Part shown: positions 51,325 through 59,700 of the stretch, piece after piece | Layout of the letters: each line of letters begins with the position of its first letter | Numbering within the stretch: the first letter of the stretch is position 1 | NCBI RefSeq assembly: GCF_001194135.2 | Contig: NC_068987.1 | Coordinates: forward strand, 55,219,570 to 55,283,569 | Source of the DNA: Octopus bimaculoides | Lineage: Eukaryota | Direction: 5' to 3' | DNA length: 64,000 bases | Position numbers and translations under genes: made by a program | The notes under the pieces: model-generated | Told to the model about the DNA's origin: nothing | What the model saw: the letters and a program-made list of their open reading frames with translations, nothing else | Database searches by the model: none

Positions 51325-54300
51325 TACACGCACACACACGTATATGATGTGCCACTTGTGGACTGTTTATCATTTAATATACAATATGGTTCCTCTCATT
51401 TAGTTAGTTTGAAGTATTTCTGTTTCAGATATGCTCGTGCACCACCACTGCTATAGATACAGTGTAAATAGAAACACAAAGCTACAGAATCTAGGGGCAA
51501 ACAGTTTTCAAATTCAGTTTCTTTTCTGATTTAAAAAGGATAAAATTCTATAGGCACAGGTATGATTATGTAGTAAGCAGTTTGCTTCCAACCACATGGT
51601 TTCAACTTCTGTCCATGATGTACTAACAGTGCAAAACCTTGAGCTAGTGTCTTTTACCATAGCCCTGGGCTGACCAAAGACTTGTGAGTAGCCATGACAG
51701 GCAGAATCTGAAGGATTGTTGTGTGTGTGCGTGTGCGTGTATGCATAAGCATGCGTGTGTGCCACCACCACTGCTTGACACCCAATGTTTGTTTACATTC
51801 CTGTGACAGAATGTGTACTAGGCTTAAATTAATTAGTTTCAGGATTGATTTGTTTCACTAAACCCTTTCAATCTGGCACCCCAGGATAGCCATAGTTCAG
51901 TGGCTGAAACAAGTAGAAGATAAGTTTTCTTCTTTATTTCTCCCCCCCCCCTCTCCCTTTGCAGTTCCTATTAAGTTTTCTTTATTTCTCTTCCCTCCCT
52001 TTGCAGTTCCCATTATGTTTCATTAGCCAGTTCTTCAAGGTTAGCATGAAGCACTGAAGCAAATAAAAAATGTATTTAAGATGCTGTTACTAAGCGACCT
52101 TTTTGATTACTATCATTGTGTTGTACCTATTGGTAATATACATTATTATTGTAGATACTTAACTGGAGACAGGATGCTTTGCTCGTTGCCAAGTGCAATA
52201 AATGATAGTAAGATCATTTTATGAAAACCTCTCTTTGCTACAGTATGTGAAAACCTAAAATTGCCAAAAAGCAATTCATTCAGTGTGATATGGAAAAAAA
52301 TATGCATGTAAATTAGTTGGGTCAAAGAGAGAATGAAAAAGACATCCTACTCATGTACTGAGACAAATAGACTTCATGAGTTCTTTTGGAGATTGGATTA
52401 CATATGATGTTACATGTGATACTTTCATTTTCATCTAATTAATCCCACAATCTATAATCTAGGTTTTGATGTTTCAACTTTTTAATTCATGTTTGCCTAC
52501 ACAACAGTATACACAATATAAGCAAGCTGTTTCTATTTTTCTATCTTTTTTTAGACTAATTTTTCTACATAATTTTGGGAGGGTAGGGATTGCTCAATTT
52601 CCATGATTCCACCACCCCCTCCCCCATTGCTCTGGAAAAATGACAATGTTGCAGAAAATTAACAACTGCTATAATTTTTCTTTATTTCCATGGAATTTTT
52701 GAAAAATTTTATTGAAGTTCCTGTAGGGTCTTCCCTTTGCACCAACTCATTTGATTGATATGTTATAATTATATATATATATATATATAATGTGTGTGCA
52801 CTACCCTGGGAGTATTGAGCATACATACAGAAGCATAAAATAAGTTAAATCTAGTGCTTTATATAAGACATGCACATTTTAGTTTCTTAAATGTGAGTAG
52901 TTTAGGTACTTCACTTTCATTTTCTCCTGGTCATACTTATCTTTCATATGACTCCTCTACTTTTATATCTATTTTCACTAAGCTGTCCATATCTTTCTCA
53001 CTACATAGCTCAGACTAAACTGGTTTTAGGTGACACTGGTTCTATTTTGTTTCTTACCATTTCTTTTGCTACTTCTACTATTAGTGATGCTACTCCAGCA
53101 TGGCCAACTTGACGATTCAAACTAAATAGAGAACTCGAGAACCATTCATTGACAAGTTTCAATTGATGCTGTTTATTTAGCGCCAGGTTAACTTTTTAAG
53201 TATATCTATTATCAAAGGCACTGAATCCTTGACCATCCCATCTTAGAGGTTTATAAGATTACAGTATCTAATATTTTCTATCAAAGGTCCTTACTGCTTT
53301 AACTATATGATTTAGGTATGATTCTTACTGCTTTCGGTAATTTTCATATAAATTCAACATAGAGGGTACTATTTCAGTTATGTATCTAAAAAGTGGCACT
53401 TGCTGTATGGGGTCATAAGCAAGTGGGCAAAATTAGCTTCCTTTTGGTTCTAGGGTTTTTTGGTTTTAACATGGCACAGAGGTGTTTGGAAAATATCATT
53501 CTGTAAAAAAGAGCACTTCGCTCCAAACGGTTTGAGAAACACTGGTCAGAAGTCTTTCTGATGAAGTTAATCAACTGCTTGCTATCAGAATACTCTTCAC
53601 TTATATATTGAAGTAACAGAAATGGTCATGTCAGTGCAAATGCATTTCTCTATATTCTGATTTCAAATCCCATATATGTCAACTTCATCTTTTTAACTCT
53701 CCAGGCAAGTGATATAAATACTTGTTATGTGCTGACATATGATTCATTTGATTATTCTTCATTCCTAATGAAATGTATGGTTTTTGTACTAATATAAGAG
53801 AAAACTGTAAATTGCTACTAAATGCAATCTGTAAGCTCTAGGTCAGTGATGGGCAAATTGTGATCTGTGGCACTTTCTGAATGGCACTTCAACAACAAAT
53901 TACCCTTTTTTTTTTTTTTTTTNNNNNNNNNNNNNNNNNNNNNNNNNNNNNNNNNNNNNNNNNNNNNNNNNNNNNNNNNNNNNNNNNNNNNNNNNNNNNN
54001 NNNNNNNNNNNNNNNNNNNNNNNNNNNNNNNNNNNNNNNNNNNNNNNNNNNNNNNNNNNNNNNNNNNNNNNNNNNNNNNNNNNNNNNNNNNNNNNNNAGT
54101 GCTGCCTTTTTCTCAAAAGGGGTTGCCTATGCCTGCTCTAGGTCCTCTACAGAGCTTATTTATTGTTGGAATGATTGAATCAATGAGTATTAAATGCTTT
54201 GAGTATGGATACAGTACAGTACCAGTTTGGGGATTTTAACTAGACACCTTCCAGGAGTAATTCCATGCCATTTATAAATTCTGCAAACCCTAACTCTCAT

Positions 54301-56762
54301 TTTATTAGTTATACATATTGAAAGCTGAAAAACTGAGTTGAAATCCAGATCAGCTATGAAAATAGAATTCTTGAAGACTATTGAAAAATACTCCAATTAA
54401 AATTAATAACACTTATTAATCTTTACTCTTGATACTTGATTAATCATTAAAAAGTCAACACCTTATTGTTGTTGTCAATGTAGTAAGCTGGTGGTATTTT
54501 TGGAGCATCTGGAAAAAAATGCTTTGCAGTTTTTTTTTTCTGGCTCTTTACATTCTAAATTCAAATCTCACCAAGATAAACTCTGCGTTTTATCCCTCTG
54601 GAGTTAAGTACTGGGGTAGATGGCATCAAAATCGTAAAATCGTTGATCTTCTAAATCAGAAATCATCATCATCATCATTATTGTGCTTGTCATCATGGAA
54701 GAAGTGTTAACACTAATGGCTGAGTGGTGAACTACATATCTCTCATTTTTATAGCTCCTCTCATTTCTTAGATTTACAAGGTCAAATTTTTAGAGCATCT
54801 GATCTACTTTGAATTAACTCCTTCCATCACAAAATTGCTCTCTTGCTTTCTAAATCATTAATATCCTTATGCTGTCACCTTAATCATCATCATTCAGTTT
54901 AGAAAGCTATTGACTACCATGAAAAAATTTGAAATTTAATTTTCCTACTTTGAGACTTTAACTTTTTATAGTTCAGCTTAATTTTATTTTTATTTTTTCT
55001 GCTTTTTTTTCCACTCCCATTTCACCAGCTTTAGCATGGATTTTTTTTTTTTTTTCTAAAGGCCCTTAACTCTGAAAGTATGTATATGTATGTCAGTGTG
55101 TGTGAACATTTCTCTCCTCATTCACTTTCCATTGTTGCCAGATCTAACAGTGTTGCTGTCATTCTCTGTTGATTTTCTTCTAGATCAGAAAGAAAAGTCG
55201 GTAAGGAAAGGCTTGAAAAATCTGATCAGTTCTCTAAAGGGCATTAGATTGTTGAATTATTTAAAATCTTCATTGATCTATTGCCTCATATTAACAAAAC
55301 ATACAGTTGCTATGTTTCTTTTAGCCTCTCTCTCTCTCTCTCTCTCTTTCTCTGTTCTTTGACTCCATTACTCCCAAACTTGCATGGTCTTTAATCTTGT
55401 TGCCGTTCTTCGTTCTCTTTCTATGTAGAAACTGTACTGCCAGTCTTGCTTATTAACCCTTTAAATGCACCAGCTGTCATGAGTTGGTTAATTAGCCAAA
55501 CAATGTTTCAGTTTCCAACAAAAGAAGTGTACATTGAAAACTGTTACTTCTTTTTGATGAGGAAAATTAAAATAGATAGACTGTTGTTCTCTTCATTATG
55601 CATGATATATGAAATGATGCAATTTGTTTAAGGGATAAATTCGATAATATCAACGTATTCAAGCCAAGAAAAAAATGATTTCCATGAAATCTAAGATGTA
55701 ACTAAGAAGTTACCAATTAAAGGGTTAATAGGTAGAGTTATAGTTTTTTCTCTCTCAAAATTAAAGACCTCCACTCTGTGAAATTGTCCTTCCTTCTACA
55801 ATACTTTCTGATCGCATGTCGGTTGTTTTTTTTTTTTTAATGTCTTCCTGAATATTTAAAGAAAAATAAATGTTTAAAATCATTAATTTATTATCTTTAT
55901 TTTCATCATTTGAATTTTATTTATTAGTAAGTTATTTTTATTTTTTATTTTTTCGCCTCCATCATCATGATAGTAAAAAAAAATTACTCATCCTTTCATA
56001 GCAAAAAAAACAAAAACTTATTTATTTTTTATATTTAGTGAAGTTAAAACACAACACTTAAAAATTGATATAGAGTTACTTCAACTACAAAAATTCACTT
56101 ACATATTTAAAAAAATTTTTTTACACAGATTATCTCCCTTTCAAACTGCTTATTGAAATTAACGAAATATGTTTTATATATTTTGTCATTATATTGTCAC
56201 TTTTTTTTCTTCATAAAATTTGGAACCACATAAAAAGAAAGTGTACATTTTTGTTTAAATGTAATGAAAAAAATTTGGTTATCATTTACACAGTTACATC
56301 CTTGTTTTTTACTGAGTACCTGTGCATCAATAATATAAACTTTCAGATCATATTTTAATTTACCTCTTTAAGTCTACCTGTCTGATAGTCCTCACACTTC
56401 ACAGTTAATCTTACTCAAAAAAGAAAACAAAATTAAATACTAAGTTAAATATACTATTTTCTGTATAATAATTTCTTACTAATTTTCACTAAAATGTAAA
56501 TAGCTATTAAAAACATTTACAATAATTTTTATAAAATATTTTACAAGTTTTAATTTTAAAAAATTAGTTTGTAGTAGCTAACATGTTTATATATTTTCTT
56601 AGGTACTTTTTTTTTATCCATTCATTTATTTATTTATTTTGTTTTCATTTTTCATAATTAATTCCAATATTTTACACACTATTTAGAATATTAAGAATGA
56701 TAATTATTTTTTCCTCTCCTCTTACTCTGACTCTCTCTCTCTCTCGTAGGATAACTGTATGA
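4831..56762 (+). CDS. CTNND2: p120-catenin family gene (catenin delta-2 / ARVCF / PKP4-like), spliced, 5'-partial; span of the preferred gene model
   Basis: Exons 4831-4966, 11372-11492, 12813-12929, 19577-19734, 20367-20602, 22158-22239, 22376-22529, 25915-26065, 27371-27506, 30022-30115, 31767-31864, 33395-33639 join with matching phases and no stops. Motifs [80 protein letters not shown] are diagnostic of p120-family armadillo proteins (recalled family knowledge). Exons after 33639 are less certain. Symbol is 'like' only, since invertebrate genes are co-orthologous to several vertebrate paralogues. Confidence 0.93.
5566..5706 (+). mobile_element. 3' fragment of the same retroelement with (GAT)n tail
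   Basis: agggcatccagctgtagaaactctgccaa...ggacgttaaacgatgatg matches the 3' end of 24471-24995. Confidence 0.85.
5912..6530 (-). mobile_element. non-autonomous retroelement with RTE-like (GAT)n tail and internal about 100-bp duplication
   Basis: Reverse complement of 24471-24995; tail abuts a (TA)n run at 5863-5912; the ttc(g/a)cttgcc..aacagg..ttcgcaagc..gtccaatgaa block occurs twice. Confidence 0.85.
9284..9671 (+). mobile_element. tRNA-derived SINE, same family, full length
   Basis: Head gtggaggcgcaatggcccagtggttagg, (CAA)n tail; 13-bp TSD actccagttctta at 9271-9283 and 9672-9684. Confidence 0.93.
10234..10850. other. assembly gap (N run)
   Basis: Run of n, flanked by (TA)n. Confidence 1.
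11372..11492 (+). CDS. CTNND2: exon B (ARM2): [40 protein letters not shown]
   Basis: ccaccag|11372, AAG|GTAATG; phase 2 to 0 matches neighbours. Confidence 0.95.
12813..12929 (+). CDS. CTNND2: exon C (ARM3): [39 protein letters not shown]
   Basis: gttattcag|12813, GAA|GTAAGA; phase 0 to 0; LWNLSS motif. Confidence 0.96.
14302..14679 (+). mobile_element. tRNA-derived SINE, same family, full length
   Basis: Same head, body and tail; TSD attagctta at 14291-14299 and 14680-14688. Confidence 0.92.
16776..17157. mobile_element. foldback/MITE-like element, about 190-bp imperfect arms
   Basis: Paired blocks: atccaaata..gaagac / gtcttc..tatttggat, ttacaattgtttctgtacca / tggtacagaaacaattgtaa, ttccaagtgaaaa / ttttcacttggaa, ttcagactt.catcaaag / ctttgatg.aagtctgaa; centre near 16964. 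Confidence 0.8.
18472..18682. repeat. minisatellite, about 9 units of 22/24 bp (gtgtatgtatagatgcacac[at]ag)
   Basis: Direct inspection; embedded in TA/TG-rich low-complexity DNA 18400-18835. Confidence 0.9.
19577..19734 (+). CDS. CTNND2: exon D (ARM4): [15 protein letters not shown]...IPHSGW...[10 protein letters not shown]
   Basis: tttttcag|19577, AG|GTAAAA; phase 0 to 2; IPHSGW and FRNASG motifs. Confidence 0.95.
20367..20602 (+). CDS. CTNND2: exon E (ARM5): [23 protein letters not shown]...[18 protein letters not shown]...MLEK
   Basis: tctttgcag|20367, AAGG|GTAAAA; phase 2 to 1; [13 protein letters not shown] motif. Confidence 0.96.
22158..22239 (+). CDS. CTNND2: exon F (basic insert loop, putative NLS): [26 protein letters not shown]
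   Basis: Not in the ORF track. aatatag|22158, CAG|GTAATG; phase 1 to 2 bridges exons E and G; GCFG..KKK matches the p120 insert loop. Confidence 0.9.
22376..22529 (+). CDS. CTNND2: exon G: [51 protein letters not shown]
   Basis: tgctacag|22376, CAG|GTAAGA; phase 2 to 0; LWHP..V..Y and SNP.TLEA motifs. Confidence 0.95.
23324..23732 (+). mobile_element. third SINE family (ggcgcaggagtggctgtgtggt-like head) with internal (TA)n(TG)n, nested in an older copy (23160-23320 + 23733-23970)
   Basis: tRNA-like head, internal microsatellite, 3' end ...gcagtcaaatgactgaaacaagtaaaagag; related degenerate copies at about 26206-26600, 30325-30716 and 19990-20343. Confidence 0.75.
24471..24995 (+). mobile_element. 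same retroelement, 5'-truncated, (GAT)n tail
   Basis: Colinear with 5912-6445 in reverse; ends ...catgctagcatggaaagcggacgttaaacgatgatgatgatg. Confidence 0.85.
25915..26065 (+). CDS. CTNND2: exon H: [50 protein letters not shown]
   Basis: ctattcag|25915, TTG|GTAAGT; phase 0 to 1. Confidence 0.96.
27371..27506 (+). CDS. CTNND2: exon I: [45 protein letters not shown]
   Basis: atttttag|27371, CA|GTTAGT; phase 1 to 2; GKYAM motif. Confidence 0.93.
27576..29270 (+). mobile_element. head-to-tail array of about 8 SINE copies (gagctggcagaatc... family)
   Basis: Repeated ggcag..gagctggcagaa / gagttcaaattcc / ctttgcctttcatcc motifs starting near 27576, 27830, 27939, 28169, 28333, 28608, 28843, 29069, separated by (TTA)n-like tails. 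Confidence 0.85.
30022..30115 (+). CDS. CTNND2: exon J: [31 protein letters not shown]
   Basis: tactttcag|30022, ATG|GTAAGT; phase 2 to 0. Confidence 0.92.
31767..31864 (+). CDS. CTNND2: exon K (last ARM): [33 protein letters not shown]
   Basis: Not in the ORF track in this frame. Long T-tract + tag|31767; VL..MW..KEL..Y.K.G matches the end of the ARM domain. The 3' end relies on a weak donor CAG|GTCTCT that gives the phase 2 needed by exon L. Confidence 0.8.
32576..32954 (-). mobile_element. tRNA-derived SINE, same family, full length
   Basis: Reverse-strand copy; 10-bp TSD atccttgtgt at 32566-32575 and 32955-32964. Confidence 0.92.
33395..33639 (+). CDS. CTNND2: exon L (C-terminal tail): [12 protein letters not shown]...[21 protein letters not shown]...GGGSAGS
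   Basis: cattctatag|33395, CAG|GTAATG at 33640; phase 2 to 1; YDDSTL motif of p120/ARVCF tails. Confidence 0.88.
34160..34870 (+). pseudogene. degenerate RTE-clade LINE ORF2 C-terminal fragment
   Basis: Interrupted translations [41 protein letters not shown] and [17 protein letters not shown] resemble recalled RTE ORF2 motifs (RIGWRKFRELLPLL, LLHGSETWAL, ERRLRWYGH); multiple stops and frameshifts. Confidence 0.65.
36353..36417 (+). CDS. candidate alternative last exon ([21 protein letters not shown]) or 45-nt cassette 36353-36397
   Basis: atttattttattatag|36353, open in phase 1, TGA at 36415-36417, tandem AATAAA from 36504; internal CAG|GTGCTG gives a symmetric 45-nt option. Confidence 0.4.
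36638..36673 (+). CDS. candidate 36-nt microexon M: (V)[11 protein letters not shown]
   Basis: Strong pyrimidine tract ...tatcttttgtcttctag|, donor ACG|GTGAGT, symmetric phase 1-1, open frame. Confidence 0.65.
39283..39477. repeat. recent 96-bp tandem duplication
   Basis: ccttatcccttgcatacc...gtttcatc.aatgaatcc starts at 39283 and 39379 with few differences. Confidence 0.92.
39907..40383. mobile_element. piggyBac-like MITE with a second MITE family nested at an internal TTAA (40079-40286)
   Basis: Host starts ttaa-cccttttgata and resumes ttaa-taatgac; the insert matches the ccctttagcatt family (26788-27224, 31397-31607, about 11930-12120). Confidence 0.65.
42838..42858 (+). CDS. candidate 21-nt microexon: (E)LEYTGD
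   Basis: aatgcctttgcttatag|, donor ATG|GTAAGT, symmetric phase 1-1, open frame. Confidence 0.55.
42908..42917. other. assembly gap (N run) inside (TA)n
   Basis: 10 n. Confidence 1.
44250..44272 (+). CDS. candidate 23-nt microexon: (E)IHCSNER
   Basis: About 40-nt pyrimidine tract ending ctcttttag|, donor AGG|GTGAGT; phase 1 in, phase 0 out. Confidence 0.6.
53844..54135. mobile_element. hAT-type MITE spanning the assembly gap
   Basis: Imperfect TIRs cagtgatgggcaa / ttgcctatgcctg; perfect 8-bp TSD ctctaggt at 53836-53843 and 54136-54143 (NTCTAGAN-like hAT target). Confidence 0.8.
53923..54097. other. assembly gap (N run) after a poly-T tract
   Basis: Run of n; the matching TSD on both sides suggests the flanks are correctly oriented. 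Confidence 1.
55184..55200 (+). CDS. candidate 17-nt microexon: IRKKS(R) (phase 0 to 2) or (D)QKEKS (phase 1 to 0)
   Basis: cattctctgttgattttcttctag|, donor TCG|GTAAGG; open in both usable phases. Confidence 0.5.
55457..55724. mobile_element. piggyBac-like MITE (different interior)
   Basis: TTAA-CCCTTTAA...TTAAAGGG-TTAA. Confidence 0.65.
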
Positions 56763-56782
56763 GAGTAGCCATTCTGTTCTAG
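56750..56782 (+). CDS. candidate terminal exon start: (R)ITV* in phase 2, [10 protein letters not shown] in phase 0, (G)* in phase 1; followed by AT-rich putative 3' UTR
   Basis: ctgac branch-like motif, (CT)n tract, cgtag|56750; no strong donor nearby; AATAAA at 57461 and 57573. Confidence 0.45.
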   Translation, partial: DNCMRVAILF

Positions 56783-59700
56783 TGGCCACTCTTCTGAATC
56801 TCCTCCTCCCACTACTACTTTTTATTTACTACTACTACCATCACTACAACAACAACAACCACTGTTTCTACTTCCATTACTCTACAACACATCTTGGCAA
56901 CAATATGTTGCTCTATAGTGTACGTATATATCCATATACACACTGCATCATGTCATGTGTTTGTTCTCAATGCAAACCTGAATTTTTTTGCTATTTGACT
57001 GCCATACTTTGCATGTCAAGCCTGTTTCCTGCTCCCTTCCAGCTGTTGAAAAAAAAGTTATGATTTTTTTGTTTGTTTTTATTTTTTTATTTTTACTTTT
57101 ATCATTAGTGATAAATCGTTACCAAGCCTAGGTGAAAAAGGCCAGGTGAAAACATTTGTGTAGTTGCACTAAACAATGGTGTTGAACAGTTGTGGTTGTG
57201 TGTTTGATTGCTGCTGTGCTCCTTAATTCAAAAATAATGCAACCCAATGCAGTATTTCAGACTAGTGATAGATCTAAGGGAGCTTTTATTCATTTATTTT
57301 TTATTTATACTTTTTTTAGAATGAGGAGTATTTTCTTGTATGTTTGTCCTATTAAGTTCTGCACCACTAGAAAACAGGTTTGTCACAAGTCATTGAGGAA
57401 CCAGCTTGTTGTAGCAGCCAAACCGCTCTCTCTCTCTCTCTAAAAAAAAAAGAAAATAGTAATAAAGAAACTAGGAAAAGGAATGGAGGGAACACATTTT
57501 ATACTGTTTTTGAAACAGGGACCACATGCATATTTCTAAGTCCTTAATGTTAGCATAGCACATGCCACCATAAATAAAAGATGGGGAAAGTCGTCTGAGG
57601 TTACTCAATAACAATACATTTGCTGTGAAATATATAGCCAGATATTTGCATGCTCACCCCCATATTTGTTTGAGATAGCTAGTCTTTTGCTGTGAGATAA
57701 ACATTAACATTCAATTCACGTCAGTTTCGATATTGAAAAAAAATAATATTTTGAACTAATAGTTATATGTAGTTATATCTACTCTGTGTATTAATTCTCA
57801 ATATATTCCTTGTGTTTTTCTGTGACAAATAGTGGTTTAAGGCACTTATCTTACATATGTATATTCTTATATGTACATTCATATTCAAAGTGGAGGAATT
57901 AGTAAGGTGCTGTCCTATCAACCATAGATGGTTCATATGTTATCACCATCAGTGCAATGTATCTGACAGCAGCACTTAATGGTTTGGTCGTTTTAGTACT
58001 GTTGAGAAGTAGAGTTGAGAAAAGATAGTAGTGAGAGTACCATGTAACTGAAATAACTTTTTGTTAGTTTATGTAGTGCTAAGTTTAAATTTACAATTTG
58101 GCTTGGAGAGAAGAGAATGGTATTTATTCCAGAGTGTCATTTGGTGAATTATTTCCTAAAGACAAGGCATTTACTGATACTTCAACCACTCTACAAGTCA
58201 CAGGACATTACATGCATATGAATATGCAGACTCTTGCAATCTCATTACAAAAAATATATCCCAGATTGATTCAACCTTAAAGATAACTAGTTTTCAGTTT
58301 GTTTTTTTTGTACACAAAAATAAACCACAAAAATATCATTTTACTTTATAATGGAAAAATATGTAAATCTTGTTTAACTCTTTAACTGCATAATTAAATT
58401 TCGTGGTCATTCCCATAATGATGTTAATTATCCATCAACAATTAGAATTGATATTTTCTGTTACTGCGGGTATGGTTTTCATATCCACCACTAAAAGTAT
58501 TTGATTCTTACTCTGGAAAGAGATATTTGATGAAATATGTGGGTGGTGGAGAATTTTTTAATCTGAAAAATTGCCGTTTGTAAAGTGTCACTAAGGGTAT
58601 CTCTACTTCTCACAGCTGAAGGAGAGGTTTTTGCAAAGCAGTGGAGTAAAACCACTTTCTGCAGTTAACAGATATAAAATTTTGAGTGGACATATCTATC
58701 TGCTTTCTCTGTTCAATGTTAAATTAACTTATTTACTTACCTACCAGCTTCTTTGCAATGATTCATATTTTAAGTAATAATTTAAAACTCTGAATTAATT
58801 TATTGTTAGAAGTAAATATAATATTTAGGTTTGACCAAGATTCATGTTGACCCTTTTGATATCATTTCCTCTGAGATCACTTCTGGTTCTATGATACCAA
58901 CTTCCTGTTGTAAAGTGATTTTAAAATCTTCCCTCAAAATTCCATGATAATTTATGTTCTAAACACCAGCTTCATAATGACTAAATTGTTTTGCTAAATT
59001 CTCCTTTATTCTCAAAATTAATTGAAACAAATGTAGTGTATTTCTACAGAAATATGATTACCAAAAGGGTTAATCTGCTTTAACGAGAGTAAGTTTTAAA
59101 AAATGCTAAAACTGAAGTATGTTGATAAGAGTAAAAAATATTTCATGTCAACTACAAGGTTCTTCATTCAAATATATAATCCATCTCTAAGTCACAACCC
59201 TGTCTAGAACATAAGATAATTCTTCATGACCTACCAGCTTTCCATCTTTTGGAGCATTTTTATTCTAAATGAGTAGCAAATTGGCAGTCATTAGAATGTT
59301 GGATACAATGTCTCGAGGGATATGTTCTGACTCCATCAGCTCTAAGTTCAAATCCTGCCAAGATCAGTTATGCTTGTCTGTCTTTTCTAGGTTGATAAAA
59401 ACATGGTATCAGTTTCGAGCAGTGGATTGATCAAATTGTTAGAGCATCAGATTGGATATCATGTGGTATCTGTTCTGGCTCTTGCGTTCTCAATTCATAC
59501 TCTGCCCTATCATTGGAAAATGCTCATCTGGATTTGCAACTGACAAATTGTATGAGCAATTTGAAAACCCAGTGGTAGCATAGTTTACTTGGTCTGATTG
59601 CCACTACAACCATCACTACAAATATTTTGCCTCTGTGTGTGTGTGTATGCATGCACACCCACACATAATGTGATTATAAGATTGTTCAATTCCCTAAGAT

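Noticed and set aside
53529-53544. hAT-like TIR ggtttgagaaacactg
   Set aside because: No matching partner TIR or TSD found, so element limits cannot be set.
58735-58790. Strong minus-strand donors (TAG|GTAAGT at 58740; also 41321, 45730, 51249)
   Set aside because: Adjacent candidate exons have stops in all frames, lack acceptors, or lie in repeats.
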